Source: Eledone cirrhosa (Eukaryota). From it: DNA of 64,000 bases. Below are positions 30,602 through 47,745 of the stretch, one piece after another (the stretch's first letter is position 1; the number at the start of each line of letters is the position of its first letter). A model generated the notes under the pieces. That model ran no database searches. It had not been told where the DNA came from and saw only the letters and a program-made list of their open reading frames with translations. The stretch lies in assembly GCA_964016885.1 (NCBI GenBank), contig OZ024741.1, positions 168,082,001 through 168,146,000 of the forward strand. The letters are read 5' to 3'. The translations under genes and the position numbers were made by a program.

Positions 30602-31060
30602 GAAAAACGTAAAATAAGAAAATTATAGTAATTAGCTTACTTACTTAAATTTCACTCCAACTAATTACTTTCTGAAAGGGAATATACATGGAGATCATGG
30701 AGAAACCTTTTCGTCCAAGAAGGCGGTGATTTTTTTCAGTGTCTTGGAATTTAGTCCCCGCTTGCTCTTTTCCATCCACTGAATATGAATATTTTTGTAT
30801 AAGTTCCCTGTGTCCACGCATCGCCAGGTATCTTAGCTGAGAATGACTCCCTGATGACGAAAAGGTTTCTCCATGATCTCCATGTATATTCCCTTTCAGA
30901 AACTAATTAGTTGGAGTGAAATTTAAGTAAGTAAGCTAATTACTATAATTTTCTTATTTTACGTTTTTCATATAATTGTTCTGCATCCCCTTGCATTGAA
31001 CCACAAAGTTACTAAGACAAAACCTATATATTTGCTTGCATAGGTATACATCTGTATATA
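30602..31060 (+). mobile_element. Solo inverted pseudo-LTR pair (30602-30715 / 30856-30969) plus tail
   Basis: 114-bp near-perfect inverted arms in (TA)n, containing a hammerhead. Confidence 0.8.
30846..30917 (+). ncRNA. Type I hammerhead ribozyme
   Basis: ACTCC-CTGATGA-[GAAAAGG/CCCTTTC]-GAAA-CTAATTAG-TT-GGAGT. Confidence 0.75.
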
Positions 31061-31196
31061 TATGTTGGTAGATATACTAATTCTTTATATATATATATAT
31101 ATATCATCATCATCATCATCATCATCATCTTCATTTAACGTCCATCTTCCACGCTAGCATGGGTTAGACTGTATATATATATACATACACATAGAT

Positions 31197-31287
<91 letters not shown>

Positions 31288-31289
31288 TA

Positions 31290-32515
31290 CACGGGTGTGT
31301 ATGATTGTGTATAGAAGATTATATTAATAAAACGAATTCCAACTTTGTCTGATTTACTCGTTTTATTTACAATCCTTTAAAATGTATAATGGTATTAGAA
31401 TGAAATAGTATGGTAGAATATTAAATGTTAAGTGTTAATTGAACAAGTATTTTCATGCTTTCGCAATCTTCAGGTTCATATTCTGTGGTGACAGTCAAGT
31501 TTGCAATTTTCAACTGTAATGAGCTGGGTAAATTTTGTGCCTTATATACAGTAACAAGCAGCTACAGAATGCTAGATTCTGCAAACTGTATTTCGACCAA
31601 TCGGTGTGTAGTTTCACTGGATTACTAAAGCTGATTGGTTTAGGCGTCATGGTTGGTTGAGCATGTCTAACGATTACTATTTGACCCTATCCAAAGCATC
31701 AATTGTTTTGCTAATTTTAGAAATGATGAAAATAGCATTTTCTAGTAATCATCACCATCAACATCATTTTTATTATTATTATTGTTGTTGTTGTTGTTGT
31801 TAGTAGTAGTAGTCGACATGGTCGTAGTCATAGTCATAGTAGGAGTAATCCCCCATTATTGTTGTTCATTTAGCTTGGGTTGGAATTTATCAATAAAATT
31901 CTTTTCTTTGATTTTTCTCTTTTTTTCTTCAAGTGAAAAACTTGGGCTGGGTAATTTGTAGAATGGAAATATTATAAATATTCTCTGACCACATGTTGCT
32001 AGATGGTTACTCAGGGGTATTTGATGGACATTTGGGTTTCTGATTTTCTGTCGGTGCACCCATGCACGTTCCGATAGTGCATTTCCAGTTTGACCGACAT
32101 ATAGTTCTTCACAATTCGGGTATTTAATGCAGTAAATTAGATTTCTGCTATTCCAGTTCATATTTGCATTTGGGAATATTTTTCCAGTTTTTGTGTTCAT
32201 ATATTGACTGGCGTGTATGGATTGACATGTGCCACATCGACTTTCATTGCATTTAGATACAGTGATTGATTGGTCTTTGTTGTTAAGATCAAACTTTGCT
32301 TTTGTTAGTAATTGCTTCAAATTTTTCGGCTGTCTTTTACTAAGAGTCAAAGATCGGTCTGTGATTAAGCCTTTTAATTGACGCACTGGAGTTAGACATA
32401 TTGTCTTTAATGCATTGATCTCCATCAGACAATTGAAGAAGGGACTGCCCCCATTTATGCATTCCTTTTATTTCTAAATACACTTTATCAAGTAAACACA
32501 CAGTCCTTGTTTTTT
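31290..32515 (-). mobile_element. 5'-truncated Penelope-like element (Neptune-like), GIY-YIG ORF 31856-32425
   Basis: RQPKNLKQLL, CNESRCGTC linker, NLIYCI...YVGQTG, FQPKLN; degenerate hammerhead at 31440-31478. Confidence 0.85.
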
Positions 32516-32523
32516 CTATATGT

Positions 32524-32583
<60 letters not shown>

Positions 32584-32626
32584 GCACACATGTATATATA
32601 TATGTGTATGTATATATATATACATA

Positions 32627-32779
32627 CAGGTTTTTTACAGCTGGTGTTAGGAAGGGCATCCAGCTGTATAAAACCTGTCAGAGACAGTTCCACGTGAGCG
32701 AGGCATGGTCTCCCAACCATTCCCGCATCAAATAGAACAAAACCGTCTAACCCATGCTAGCGTGGAAGATGGACGTTAA

Positions 32780-32810
<31 letters not shown>
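32627..32810 (+). mobile_element. SINE/RTE-type 3' tail ending in (GAT)n
   Basis: AGGAAGGGCATCCAGCTGTA...CCCATGCTAGCGTGGAAGATGGACGTTAAATGATGAT; reverse relatives at 31105-31170, 43050-43220, 43700-43860. Confidence 0.7.
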
Positions 32811-32811
<1 letters not shown>

Positions 32812-33049
32812 ATATACATATATATATATATGCAAAGTGTTAAAACAATCGAATCTTAGTTTAATACATTTATTTGATGACAATTGTTTCTCGGAGCGTA
32901 GGGAATGTCTAAACAGGTGATTAAAATCCTAGTCTTCAGAACTTTTAGGTAGATCCATAACTGCTGTTAGTGTCCTAGACATGCAGACTACTACTCTTCA
33001 TATTTATAATTGTATATTAAACATATATATAAGTATAAATATTATTATT

Positions 33050-34934
33050 ACCTATATATATAAAACTGATGTTGTCTGTGTGTCCTCATTTTTGCAAAGT
33101 CTATACAAATCCCCATTTCTACTCCGATTGACTTCAAACTTGAATTTATATATTCCTTGCGGTCTAAAGGTGCTAACTGCAGCTTTTATTTTTCAATTTT
33201 CTGTTGTTAAAAGGGTGTTATCGATCTCTGTCGAGCCCTTATAATATCTGGTGCCTTATGATCCACTTGTTTCCTTACCTCACTTCCTTCGTTATATATA
33301 TATATGGTATTAGGACTGGTGCTCTGAAATAGCGATGTATACATGAATGTATGTATAGTATATTTGGCAATATACCGTATGTTTAATTAAACACATTTTG
33401 AAGACATTGTCCTATCATTTTTAAAGTAGTGACTATGTCACTTCTTTTTTTCGGCAAAAGAAGGGAGAGAAGTTAACAGAGTCTGTTTCACACTGTTGGG
33501 GATCATCAGAACAACGCCTTTGCCGAAAATCATAGAAGCTGGATTCTTATAGAATTCCAGTAATAATCAGGAGCTGATTATACAGAGCGATTCCCGGTCC
33601 AGCAAAAATTAGGTATTAGGATTGGAGCTCTGAAATAGCGATGTATACATGAATGTATGTATAGTATACTTCTTTTGCCAAAAAAAAGAAGTAAGTGACA
33701 TAGTCACTACTTTAAAAATGATAGCGCAAGGTCTTCAAAATGTTTTTAATTAAACATACGGTATATTGCCAAATATACTATACATACATTCATGTATACA
33801 TCGCTATTTCAGAGCACCAATCCTAATTCCTAATTTTTGCTGGACCGGCGATCGCTCTGTATAATCAGCTCCTGATTATTACTGGAATTCTATAAGAATC
33901 CAGCTTCTATGATTTTTTAATGATCCCAACAGTGTCAAACAGACTCTGATAACTTCTCTCCCTTCTTTTACCAAAAAAAATAAGTAAGTGACATAGTCAC
34001 AACTTTAAAAATGATAGCGCAAGGTCTTCAAAATGTTTTTACTTAAACATACGGTATATTACCATATTTATATATATATATCACATCCACCGATATGGAT
34101 TCTGAACACTTGCACACGCTTAGGTCACATTATGGTCAACTGCAGGAATTGGTGATAAGTTACAAAAAAGTGCGATGTTCAATGACCTGGAAGTTGGCTT
34201 ACGATGAGACTAGTCCGAAGAATAAAACCCAAATCGTATGTTGACAAATATTCATACTCCCGTCATGTTAATTGTAACATGCCGTCTTTGAATGTAGAGT
34301 TTATTTTGTCGATATTTCGAGGTGTCGGATCATGGGAAGATTAACACGAATTACGAAGATGTAACTTCTCCCCCATTATTTACACTTTGCAACAGTGAAC
34401 GTTATAAGGCCCTCTTTAAGGCCAGCACTTCCGATTATTTATTCAATATATTATGGTGTGTTTTCTCGGGTTATGTCTACTATAGGCGGAATGCAGCATG
34501 GTTTCATTCAGTCATTCGAAGGTATTTACAAACGCTGATATACAGGGTGCTTGAACAGTACCTGAATATGTTCCCTCGGTTACAATTTCTTCAATAATTG
34601 CAATGACTTCCTCAATTCTTCTGTGTTTGTTCTTGAGCGCTAAGGCAGTAAGTTTGCTATTCTTATACATAAGTTTGTTGAATAAGTTCGATACTCTTTG
34701 AGCTCGAACTTCCCCAGCTTATTCACTCTGAATGAAGAAAGCTGGATGGAAGGACTTATGACATAAAAGCTATTGACAGTTCCACACAAAAAATTGATCT
34801 GCCATAAACACACCTAGCAAAGGTTGCTATTGAAAATCCAGTATGGGCACCAAGGGTTGCTAGTATTTTCAGGTGCACTTTGGGTACTGCGAATAACCCC
34901 ACCTTTCCCGGGTATAACCGAGTACTGCAGCTAG
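33050..34934 (+). mobile_element. Possible non-autonomous Helitron shell with nested inserts
   Basis: 5' CTATATATATAAAACTG...; 3' GC-rich CCCGGGTATAACCGAG shortly before CTAG|T. Confidence 0.4.
33306..34065. mobile_element. Partial-tandem plus inverted ~306-bp pseudo-LTR cluster
   Basis: Unit 33307-33612 restarts at 33613-33668, then recurs inverted at 33670-34063; hammerhead-like core at 33472-33512 (-). Confidence 0.75.
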
Positions 34935-35099
34935 TAATAGTAATAAATGAAAGATATATACTTTATATCATCTCTATTTATTTCATTATATATAATACTC
35001 TAGCAGAAGAACCGTTTTCTACTAGCATATGTAATGGGCATATTGGTATTATACACAAATATATATGCATATAGATATGATATGTAAAGTGAAAAGTAA

Positions 35100-35695
35100 A
35101 TTGGCAATATCTTCTTCGCCCACTTATTTCTGAGAGGGTTGTGGGGGCAGAGTCCTCTTCAAACACTCCTTCCAGCGAGTCTGTCAGAAGCAAACATTTC
35201 TAACTGGATCCCAAAGCATGACCAGCCAAGCTTAAAGTCTACCTCTGGGACTCCTGTCAGTTGGTTTTGCCTGGCCAGTGATTCGTTCCTGAGACATTCT
35301 AACCACATGTCCATAGTATTGGAGCTGTGATCTCTCAATCCGGAGAAGTAGCGGCTCTACCTGGAGTGACTCTTATCTCCGAGCTATGCACTTTATCGAC
35401 TAAAGTTACTCCAAAGATCCTTCAGAGGAACCCCATTTCGGCCGTTTGTATTTGCAATCATATTCATTCGGTCATTACCCAAGATTCATGACCATAGGTA
35501 AGTGTTCGCAGGAATACGAGGGAGACAGCGAGTTTGGCTTTTACACCTTCTGATTACTGAATGCTGAAGCTGGTGCATTACTGCATCAGCTTTTGCAATT
35601 CTTGCACTTAATTCGGCCTCCTGCCATCCACCACTCATGAACATGGCCCTGAGATACTTGAACTTCTCTACCTGCTTCAGTGGAACTCCTTTCAC
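35100..35695 (-). mobile_element. RTE LINE 3' fragment
   Basis: VPLKQVEKFKYL...ELSARIAKA. Confidence 0.75.
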
Positions 35696-35984
35696 ATGTA
35701 TATAAATTTGCGTGACTTCTGTTCATCCGTCCGTCACACAATGTATGTGTAAATGTATGTGTGTGTAAAAGGAAGGAAGAGGATACACACATATATATGT
35801 CTCTAACTTAAAAATGGTGACACACACATATATATGACACACACATATTTATATGACACACACACACATATATATGACACACACATATTTATATGACACA
35901 CACACACATATATATGACACACACACACACATCTCTAATTTGAGAATACCGACAAACTCACCTACATGCACATACACACACTGT

Positions 35985-36435
35985 CCTATTACCACTTCAA
36001 TGCTTTGGCCCAGACAAACAACCACTCAATTTTGGAACCGTCTGGGTTGTCCAGCATTGATGGGAAAATACCTGACAGACTTACCCTGTGCCCCTGGTCA
36101 AGAGGCAGGTGCCTTATCTGGGAAGTCACAGTTAGTGACTCTTTTGTGTCTTCCCTTATCTTAGATGCAACGGTAAGGGTGAGAGCTACTGCATCTACAG
36201 CCAAACAGAATAAATTCCTAAAATACTGTGATCTGTTGGCTAATTACATTTTCCAGGCAGTGGCGTTCAAGATGTTTGGGGGAGTCAGGCTACTGACTGC
36301 GAGGTTCTTAACTTCACTGGCAGCTCGCCTAACCGAGGTAACTGGTGATGCTCGTGAATCCGCTTAGTTGTTCCAGCACCTCAGCCACACCATCACCCAA
36401 GGTAACGCTGCGAGTGTGCTGGCTTGCATCAAAAA
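35985..36435 (+). mobile_element. CRE-like RLE 3' fragment
   Basis: LEPSGLSSIDGKIPDRLTLCPWSRGRCLIWEVTVSD...KYCDL. Confidence 0.78.
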
Positions 36436-36714
36436 TGATTAGACAATTTTCCCAGTGCTCCTCGCGAAATTGTTATCTTTTGCTCTGGTAGCTGTTCGTT
36501 TGTCCACTACTTTTGCCTGCCTTTTGTTGTATGTGGTCCTAGATGTGTGTATTATCAGCTTGTGTGTTTCTTTCTCTTTCTTTTTTCCCTTTTCCTTTTC
36601 TTTGTATAATATTTGTTTGTGTTTTCGTTCTGTAAGCATTATATTATCATATTCGGCAGTATTGGTAGAGGGTCGAATGCCATGCTTTGCATCCCATCTA
36701 ATTTGATTCTTTCT

Positions 36715-37140
36715 CTAATTGGTTGTGAAAGCACTCTTTCTGTCACTTTCATAACCTGATCCATCAGTTTTTGCCCCTATAATTACTCTTCTCCAGAGCA
36801 TCCCCTTTACCTTTGTAGCAATTTACAAGAATATTGCTGCACCAGGCTTTGGGTATGACTCTGCCATATATAACTTGATTGACTATGCGTGCAACCAGTT
36901 TAGTTCCTACTTCTCCTGATGCCTTCACCATCTAAGCAACTATCCCCGATGGTCCAGCAGCCTTGCCACTTTTCATTTCCTTAATTGTCTCTTTGACTCT
37001 TTAGTCGTGAACCTCAATAGCTGTTGGGTGTGTGGGGGTAGTTTCTCTCTCTCCCATTCATTCTCAACATTCATCAGTCTCTCCTAATGACATTTCCAGG
37101 CCTCCTTTTTCTGAGCATCAGTGACACTAAGTGCACCAGC
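36715..37140 (-). mobile_element. RTE-like RT fragment
   Basis: MKSGKAAGPSGIVA and YKGKGDALE..NYRG on the minus strand. Confidence 0.65.
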
Positions 37141-37480
37141 ATCATTTCAGACACATTTATCTCCAACAAAATTCTGATTTACACTGACACACTGCCTTAC
37201 AATGAGGAACACCTCATGTCTCTGATCCTCTTGTTGACATATGTCTGCCAGGCGCACAAGCAGAAGGATGTATTTTTTCAGACGGTGGCATATCACAAAA
37301 CCGAATTTCATCTTAGGATACCATTCTCATAACAACAAATGCCTGAATTACATCTTGATTGCATGGGAGAACCATTGAAATAATTATAATGAATAAACAA
37401 TTTACGTAACGTTAGCATCGTTATTAATGTTATTATTATATGTATATCTCTAACTATCTATCTATCTATCTATCTATCTA

Positions 37481-37680
37481 TTTTTTTCGGGGGTGTGTGC
37501 GACCCCCCAAGGCGCCTCCTCTCTATTGAGGACTTTGTTATAAATTTTATTTTTTGTTATATTTTATTTTATTTTTATATATTGTTATTGCCTCCTCCTT
37601 ATTGAGGACGCCTTATTTTGTAAACTCCCCCCATTGTACTTGTCCCACTTTTGATGCCCTGGTGGCAAATAAAAGAAACA
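37481..37680 (+). mobile_element. Tx1 3' UTR fragment inside (TATC)n
   Basis: Near-identical to the reverse complement of 9082-9280; TATC repeats on both sides. Confidence 0.85.
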
Positions 37681-37719
37681 TATCTATCTATCTATCTATC
37701 TCTCTCTCTATATATATAT

Positions 37720-37860
37720 AAATGAAGTATTTCCGTCGGAAAGGTACAGGAATAAACACCATGTTATTTATTCATTCTCACGACTGAAGACAGACAACAT
37801 CTGCCTTCAAGAAACCACTGGTAAATGAAATAATTATCTTATGTTGTTTATTACATAACT
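37720..37860. mobile_element. PLE-type pseudo-LTR remnant, family of 58950-59140
   Basis: CTGAAGA...GAAACCACTGGTAAATG and tail AATGAAGTA..CGGAAAGG shared with 58950-59111. Confidence 0.65.
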
Positions 37861-38136
37861 AATATATATATATATATATATATATAAACATTTCAAAAAT
37901 CTATGTAATTGAAATTAAAGACTTATGTGTATGCTGTCACAACTCAACTGAGAGAGATTTAAAAAACGCTTTTTAGGTCTCAGCATTCCAATACATGCAT
38001 ACAAACATACATATAGACATGTAACTGGCCATTTCCGTTTCTATAAATACACTTATTTATAAACACATATGGACACACATACAAAATATACATGTATATC
38101 TGACACATATATATTTATACATACATACATACGTAA

Positions 38137-38178
<42 letters not shown>

Positions 38179-38231
38179 TTATATATAGATGTGTGTGTTT
38201 ATTGTTTATATATATATGTATATATATATAT

Positions 38232-38762
38232 ATGATGGCTGCCCCCTCATTATTGAGTATGGCCATTGTACAATATACTATTATTAACAATTATCAATTA
38301 ATTCTATCGTGCAATGCCTGTGTGTGAAGATATTTTTTTAAGTGAGGAAAGACTGTGCACTGAGCCAATCCCACTCTCTGAGCGACAGTAGCTATAACCC
38401 GAAAAGTAGAAAAGATCAACATCATCGGTAACTACTGAGCCGCAGGTTTTATATCGGAGTTATCCCAGTTTCCTGAGTTGCCTTCTCCTAGAAGAATGCC
38501 CTGACAAAAAGCTAGGGATCCTTCACTCCCAGTGGTTTAACTGCGCGTTACATGAGGTATATACATATTTACACATTTTTGAATGGCCGTTGACTCTTAT
38601 GAGTTCTTCTGCCCCTTGTCAGGTTTTGTTTTTTGTACTGCAGGGTGTCCAAAATCACCAAGTATACTTGGTGGGGTTGCCGGTTTAGTCGCCGATGACC
38701 CGACCATGCAACAGGTTGTACTGGGTTACATGTTACCAGTAGCACTCAAGAGTGACCCGACA
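38232..38762 (-). mobile_element. Short non-autonomous RTE-derived element (5' UTR joined to 3' end)
   Basis: Homologous to 57165-57775; CTAGGAGAAGG motif; ends GGCAGCCATCAT-(AT)n. Confidence 0.65.
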
Positions 38763-38847
38763 TATATATACACAGATATATATATATATATACACACATA
38801 TATATATATACACACACATATATATATACACACACATATATATATAT

Positions 38848-38890
<43 letters not shown>

Positions 38891-38925
38891 TATATATATA
38901 TATATGTATATATGTATATATATAT

Positions 38926-39220
<295 letters not shown>

Positions 39221-39232
39221 ATATATATATAT

Positions 39233-39628
<396 letters not shown>

Positions 39629-39720
39629 TATATATATATATACACACACACATATATATATATATACACACACATATATATATATACACACATATATATA
39701 TACACACACATATATATATA

Positions 39721-39766
<46 letters not shown>

Positions 39767-39803
39767 TATGTATATATATATATATACATATATATACACA
39801 CAC

Positions 39804-39834
<31 letters not shown>

Positions 39835-39961
39835 TATAAATATATATATATATACACACACACACACAAATATATATATATATATATACACACACATATA
39901 TATATATATATATACACACACATATATATATATATGTATACACACACATATATATATATAT

Positions 39962-40014
<53 letters not shown>

Positions 40015-40089
40015 TTATATTACTCTTTTACTCTTTTACCTGTTTCAGCCATCCGGCTGAGGCCATGCCGGGGCACCGCCCTTGTTGCT

Positions 40090-40562
40090 ACACATTTTAT
40101 CTCCAGCCTGTATAGGTTGGCCACTGGTGTAGGAGGGAGTTTGTTGCTGCTGCCCTTAGGTTTTCCTCGTGCCTTGCTGTGGGCTCATCCGGGATCCTGG
40201 ATAACAAGGTGTCGAGATGTTTCTTGAAGACATCCACCTCCACGTCATGCAAGTCTCTCAGATCTCTCGGCAGCTTGTTGAAGAGATGAGGGCCCTTGAA
40301 TCCCAGGCTATTGCAATACCTGCTCCTTATTCTAGATGTGGAAGACGGGACCTTTGGCACCACAGAGTGACGTCCTGTTCGACGGTTGGTCCAGCTCCCA
40401 ATGCCAAAGTTTGGTGCTGGTCCCTCCAGGATTTTCCACATGTAGATCACTGCGTATCTCTCCCGTCTTCATTCCATGGAGTAGAGGTTCAGTTCCTTTA
40501 GCCTCTCCCAGTAGCTTGTCTCCTTCATCGTAGCCATCCTCTTGGTGTAGCTTCGCTGCATT
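40090..40562 (-). mobile_element. CR1/L2-group LINE 3' fragment
   Basis: [39 protein letters not shown]. Confidence 0.8.
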
Positions 40563-40648
40563 GTGTATATATATATATATACACATATATATATATATAC
40601 ACACATATATATATATATATATACACATATATATATATATACACACAC

Positions 40649-40787
<139 letters not shown>

Positions 40788-40856
40788 CACATATATATAT
40801 ATATATATACACATATAAATATATATATATATATACACATATATATATATATACAC

Positions 40857-40887
<31 letters not shown>

Positions 40888-40897
40888 TATGCCACGA

Positions 40898-40944
<47 letters not shown>

Positions 40945-41066
40945 TATGCCACGAAACTACGTAGTCGAGGAATTTAGGAACAGTTTAGGTATGATACATT
41001 TTATTACTAATTATATCTAAATGTTTCTTCTCTCTTCATAATGTATATACACATATATATATATAT

Positions 41067-41173
<107 letters not shown>

Positions 41174-41271
41174 ATAAAAATACTTGAGTGCATTAGAGTT
41201 AAACACACTCGTCGAATTAGAGAAATGACAGTATAAGATATAGCTCAATGTTATCCAACAGAGCCGAAAAA

Positions 41272-41343
41272 ATCATCAAAAATCTTTATTTGCTGACAGT
41301 GTTTCGGGACGAAACACTGTCAGCAGATAAAGATTTTTGATGA
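41272..41343. repeat. Near-perfect palindrome (~34-bp arms) made from a hammerhead 3' half
   Basis: ...GCTGACAGTGTTTCG GGA CGAAACACTGTCAGC... Confidence 0.7.
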
Positions 41344-41375
41344 ATTAAAGGCTTCTTTGTTTATTTTTTATATAA

Positions 41376-41418
<43 letters not shown>

Positions 41419-42904
41419 ATACTTGGGAGGGTCATATTTGTGTAATATTGCCAGAATTAATAACAGAACACACTCACTGTTTGGTCGGTTTTCGCTTCTC
41501 GCTGTCTTTTATATCTGCGATCTAACTTAATCGGTCCTCAATGTTGCCATTGACTGACCGACGGTCAAAAATAATACAGATACAATATAGACACAAACAC
41601 ATATATATAGTTTACATAATTTACATAAATCTTTCGTTGCACATCTGCAACATCGTCAGTGGTGTTATATTTTTTCCTCCTGTTGTGTTGTATGTCTACG
41701 CCATTTTTTATTCAGTCTGTCTATATATTTATTTATATTTATCTGTCTATATATTTATCCCCAAGTATAACAATATTTGTTTCGACACACGATTTCATAT
41801 AAAAAACCTTGCTAAACTAATTCATCGCCGCTATATATATATATTTATTAAAATAAAAGATTAAAGTTTAAGCAAAGAATCGCTGCTTTCACCCTTAACG
41901 GGATCTTCTGAAACTAACAAAGTCAATCTGTAAACGCAGAACTGGATATTTCAAAAAACGTTGCAACCGGAGGAAGCCAGGAAGACGATACTTTGGTTCG
42001 TGGTAACGTTCGCTGGCAAAGAACGGGAAAAAACGAATAATACGTCATTAATAGGAGCGGTGAAAAACAATTACGCGCAAAGACAGAACCACGTTTATGG
42101 TATAAAAGAGGTCGTAGACTAATGTTCTCTTAGGTGGTGCATAGAGACGTTCTCTGGCAATGAACGAAAAAACGAAGATAATAAGTCATATGTGGAGCGT
42201 GGAGAACAATAGCACGTTAAGACAAAACCACGTAAATGGTATAGCAGAAGTTGTAGACTAAAATTCTAACTAGGAGACCAAATGAATCTCCGCTACAGAG
42301 TTAAGAACAAAGTAAATAAATACAATACAGAAGTAATAGAAACAAATAAATACATACACGCAAACAGATACGTACATACACAAGCATACGCAAAATCTTA
42401 CCATAGGTATACAAAACCACGCACATATAAATATGTGTGTGTGTGTGTATGCTTGTGTACAAATAAATAAATAATTATATAAACGTATATAAGTAAATAA
42501 ATACGTATATAACAAGCGCACACACATACCTACAAATAAATACACGAATGTTCGGAGACGTAAGTCAACTAAAACAAGAAGTACACATATACACACACCC
42601 ACCATACGTACGAACCTGCATACTCACGCAGACGCAAAACTCCTGTATACACATAGCCAAACCCTAAATGCCAGAATATGTAAAAATTATACGCCATAAC
42701 AGTCAAATATACGTACGAGAAGGTATACATACCTTCACAAAACATACGGGTAATATATACTTACCTATGCAAATAAGTAAAGGAATAAACAAAACATATA
42801 CTTAGCTCCCACATCAAGACGTAAAATATCCACGTATAGATCGTGCTCTCCGTTAGGGTATTATCGAGCACTCTTTTGATTTTAGTCTTCAATTTTATTA
42901 TTAT

Positions 42905-42953
<49 letters not shown>

Positions 42954-42969
42954 TATATATATATATACG

Positions 42970-43031
<62 letters not shown>

Positions 43032-43511
43032 TATATTTATATATATATATATCATCATCATCATCATCATCATCAACGTTTAACGTCCGTGTTCCACGCT
43101 TGCATGGGTTTGGACGGGGGTTTTCCCACTTGAGGCAAGAGTGATTGTCTTGCTCGCATAGGACAGTCTGGCAGGTTTTCTACAGTTGGATGCCCTTCCT
43201 AACACCAACCACATTTACAGTGTGGGTCTGGGAGGTTTTTACCGTGTTGATTACACGGCCACATTACAGCGTTGACTGTGTGTTTTTTTGTCGTGACACC
43301 TACACGATCTCATTTGTTTCGGCCTGGATGGTGTGGCACCAACATAACTTTACATAGAAGGGGGCGGTGTGGATGGGGTGGGGGTGGTGGGACGGGGTGT
43401 ATTTTGTTAGAGATGCCTACTGACTGTATACACACATATATATATACACATACATATATATATATATATACACATACATATATATATATACACACACACA
43501 CATATATATAT

Positions 43512-43574
<63 letters not shown>

Positions 43575-43616
43575 AGCAGGGAAAAAGCGGATGTAAAATG
43601 AAATGATGAAATGATG

Positions 43617-43673
<57 letters not shown>

Positions 43674-43989
43674 TATATATATATATACACACACACACAT
43701 ATATCATCATCACCGTTTTACGTCCGTTCTTCCACGCTACCATGGATTAGACGGATTGTTCTGTCGTGGGCAGTGTCTGGTCGGCTGACCCTGCCTTGCT
43801 TATACAGGAACTGATTTGGCTTGATTTCTACAGCTGGATGCCCTTCCTAACACCAATCTCATTTACAGTGATTGCTGGGTGCTTTTCGTGGTGCCTACAC
43901 GTGCACTTTACAGTGTGGGCTGGGTGCTTTTTTACCATGGCACCTCCACGACCACCTTGCAGTGGGGGGTGTGGGGGCATATTGTCTAT

Positions 43990-44372
43990 ATGCTTCAGCT
44001 TGTACCCATGGGAGGTCGGGTACTCTGTATTACTGCGTGACGCCAGAGGTCACGGTTGTGTGTCATCGCCTTTGAGAGGTGTAATTTGGTAAGGTTGGCT
44101 TTTATCACCTCATCCCAGGTCATCTTGGATCTCCCCACTCCGCGGTTTCCATCGACTTCTAGTGCTCTGCACCTTTTTATGCAGCTGTCATCCTTAATAC
44201 GCATCACATGTCCATACCAACGCAACTGCCTCTCCTGCACACAGCATTTGATTCCTCTTATGCTCAGTTTCTCTCTCAATTCATTTATGCTTTGTCGTTC
44301 GCGTATATTACTGTTACACATCCATCGGAGCATGCAGGCTTCGTTTCTCTCTAATCTACGTAAGTCTTCCAC
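43990..44372 (-). mobile_element. RTE LINE 3' fragment
   Basis: RLERNEACMLRWMC...LRWYGHVMR. Confidence 0.85.
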
Positions 44373-44419
44373 CTATATATATATATATATATATACACAC
44401 ACATATATATACACACACA

Positions 44420-44450
<31 letters not shown>

Positions 44451-44461
44451 CACCACCACCA

Positions 44462-44500
<39 letters not shown>

Positions 44501-44561
44501 TCACCATCACCACCACCACCACCACCACCATCACCATCATCATCATCATCATCATCATCAT

Positions 44562-45249
44562 TTTACATCCGCTTTTCCCTGCTTGCAAGGGTGGGACGGG
44601 TCTTATTCAGCACAGCACCTCTCCACTCGTCACGGTCCTTCGTCATCTGCACCGTGAGCTTCAATGAACTGAGGTCTGTTCTCACCACCTCCACCCATGT
44701 TTTTCGTGGTCTACCTCTACCACGTCTTCCTTCAACTGGCATTTCCTGGCACTTCTTCACCCATCGGTCATCCTCCATGTGCACCACATGTCCATACCAC
44801 CACAGGCTCTTCTCCCGTACACTACATTCTATCAGACACAGTTTCTCTCAGACACAGTTTCTCTCTCAACACATTTATGCTGGGTCGTTCACGCACATTT
44901 ACACTGCACATCCGACGGAGCATGCTTGCCTCATTTCTCTCCAGCCCTCGCATATCCTCTGCAGTTGCTGCCCATGTCTCGATACCATGCAGCATCACGC
45001 TCCTCACACAGGCATCATATAACCGGCCTTTCGTACGCAGGGAGAAACCCTTCTTCGTCAACAGAGGAAGCAGCTCCCTAAACTTCTACCAACCCGTCCT
45101 TATTCTAGATACTATGGCCTTGGAACACCCTCCTCCCATGCTAATCTGATCTTCTAGGTACCGGAAGCTATCAACCACTTCTATAGTGCCCTCCTGCATT
45201 TGAAAAATGTGTCTATCAATGCGACTTCTACTGTCTAACTTCCCTGTAC

Positions 45250-45250
<1 letters not shown>
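44562..45250 (-). mobile_element. RTE LINE 3' fragment
   Basis: [34 protein letters not shown]. Confidence 0.85.
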
Positions 45251-47192
<1,942 letters not shown>

Positions 47193-47745
47193 AATTGAAA
47201 CAAAATGAAAACGAAATTTCATTTCTCACTCTTAGTATGGCACTTACTTAAATGTAAGTATGCATGTATACGTACATACATATATGTATACAGACGTACA
47301 GTAGCATGCACATATATATATATATATACATATATACATACATATGCATACAGGTACACATACATATATGCACGTATCAGTTTAGCGGCGCTAACGTCGC
47401 TTTGTTCGTTTGTAAACAAACTGAACAGCCTGAATTTATGCCATACGGTGTTAAGGCAACCACGTCACCTTTTTGTTCAACACTGACACAGGAACGATGT
47501 ACTAGTTTCAAGCTTGTTAGCTATCATCAGCACCGTTTACCCATCTGCCAGATAGTTGAACGTTCGAAAGTATATACTTTCCTTATGAAAATTAACGGCT
47601 GAGCAGCCTAATTTGCATATTGAGTGAGTTAAATCGGTCAGGCATACCGAAAACGATAAATTGAAACAAAATGAAAACGAAATTTCATTTCTCACTCTTA
47701 GTATGGCACTTACTTAAATGTAAGTATGCATGTATACGTACATAC
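47193..47745 (-). mobile_element. 1.2 units of a ~466-bp hammerhead-containing repeat
   Basis: 47193-47280 repeats at 47659-47745; hammerhead at 47495-47535; reverse complement of the 60240-61580 units. Confidence 0.85.

Noticed and set aside
38660-38762. HDV-like ribozyme at the 5' end of the RTE-derived element
   Set aside because: Could not build the P1/P1.1/P2/P3 nested pseudoknot by eye
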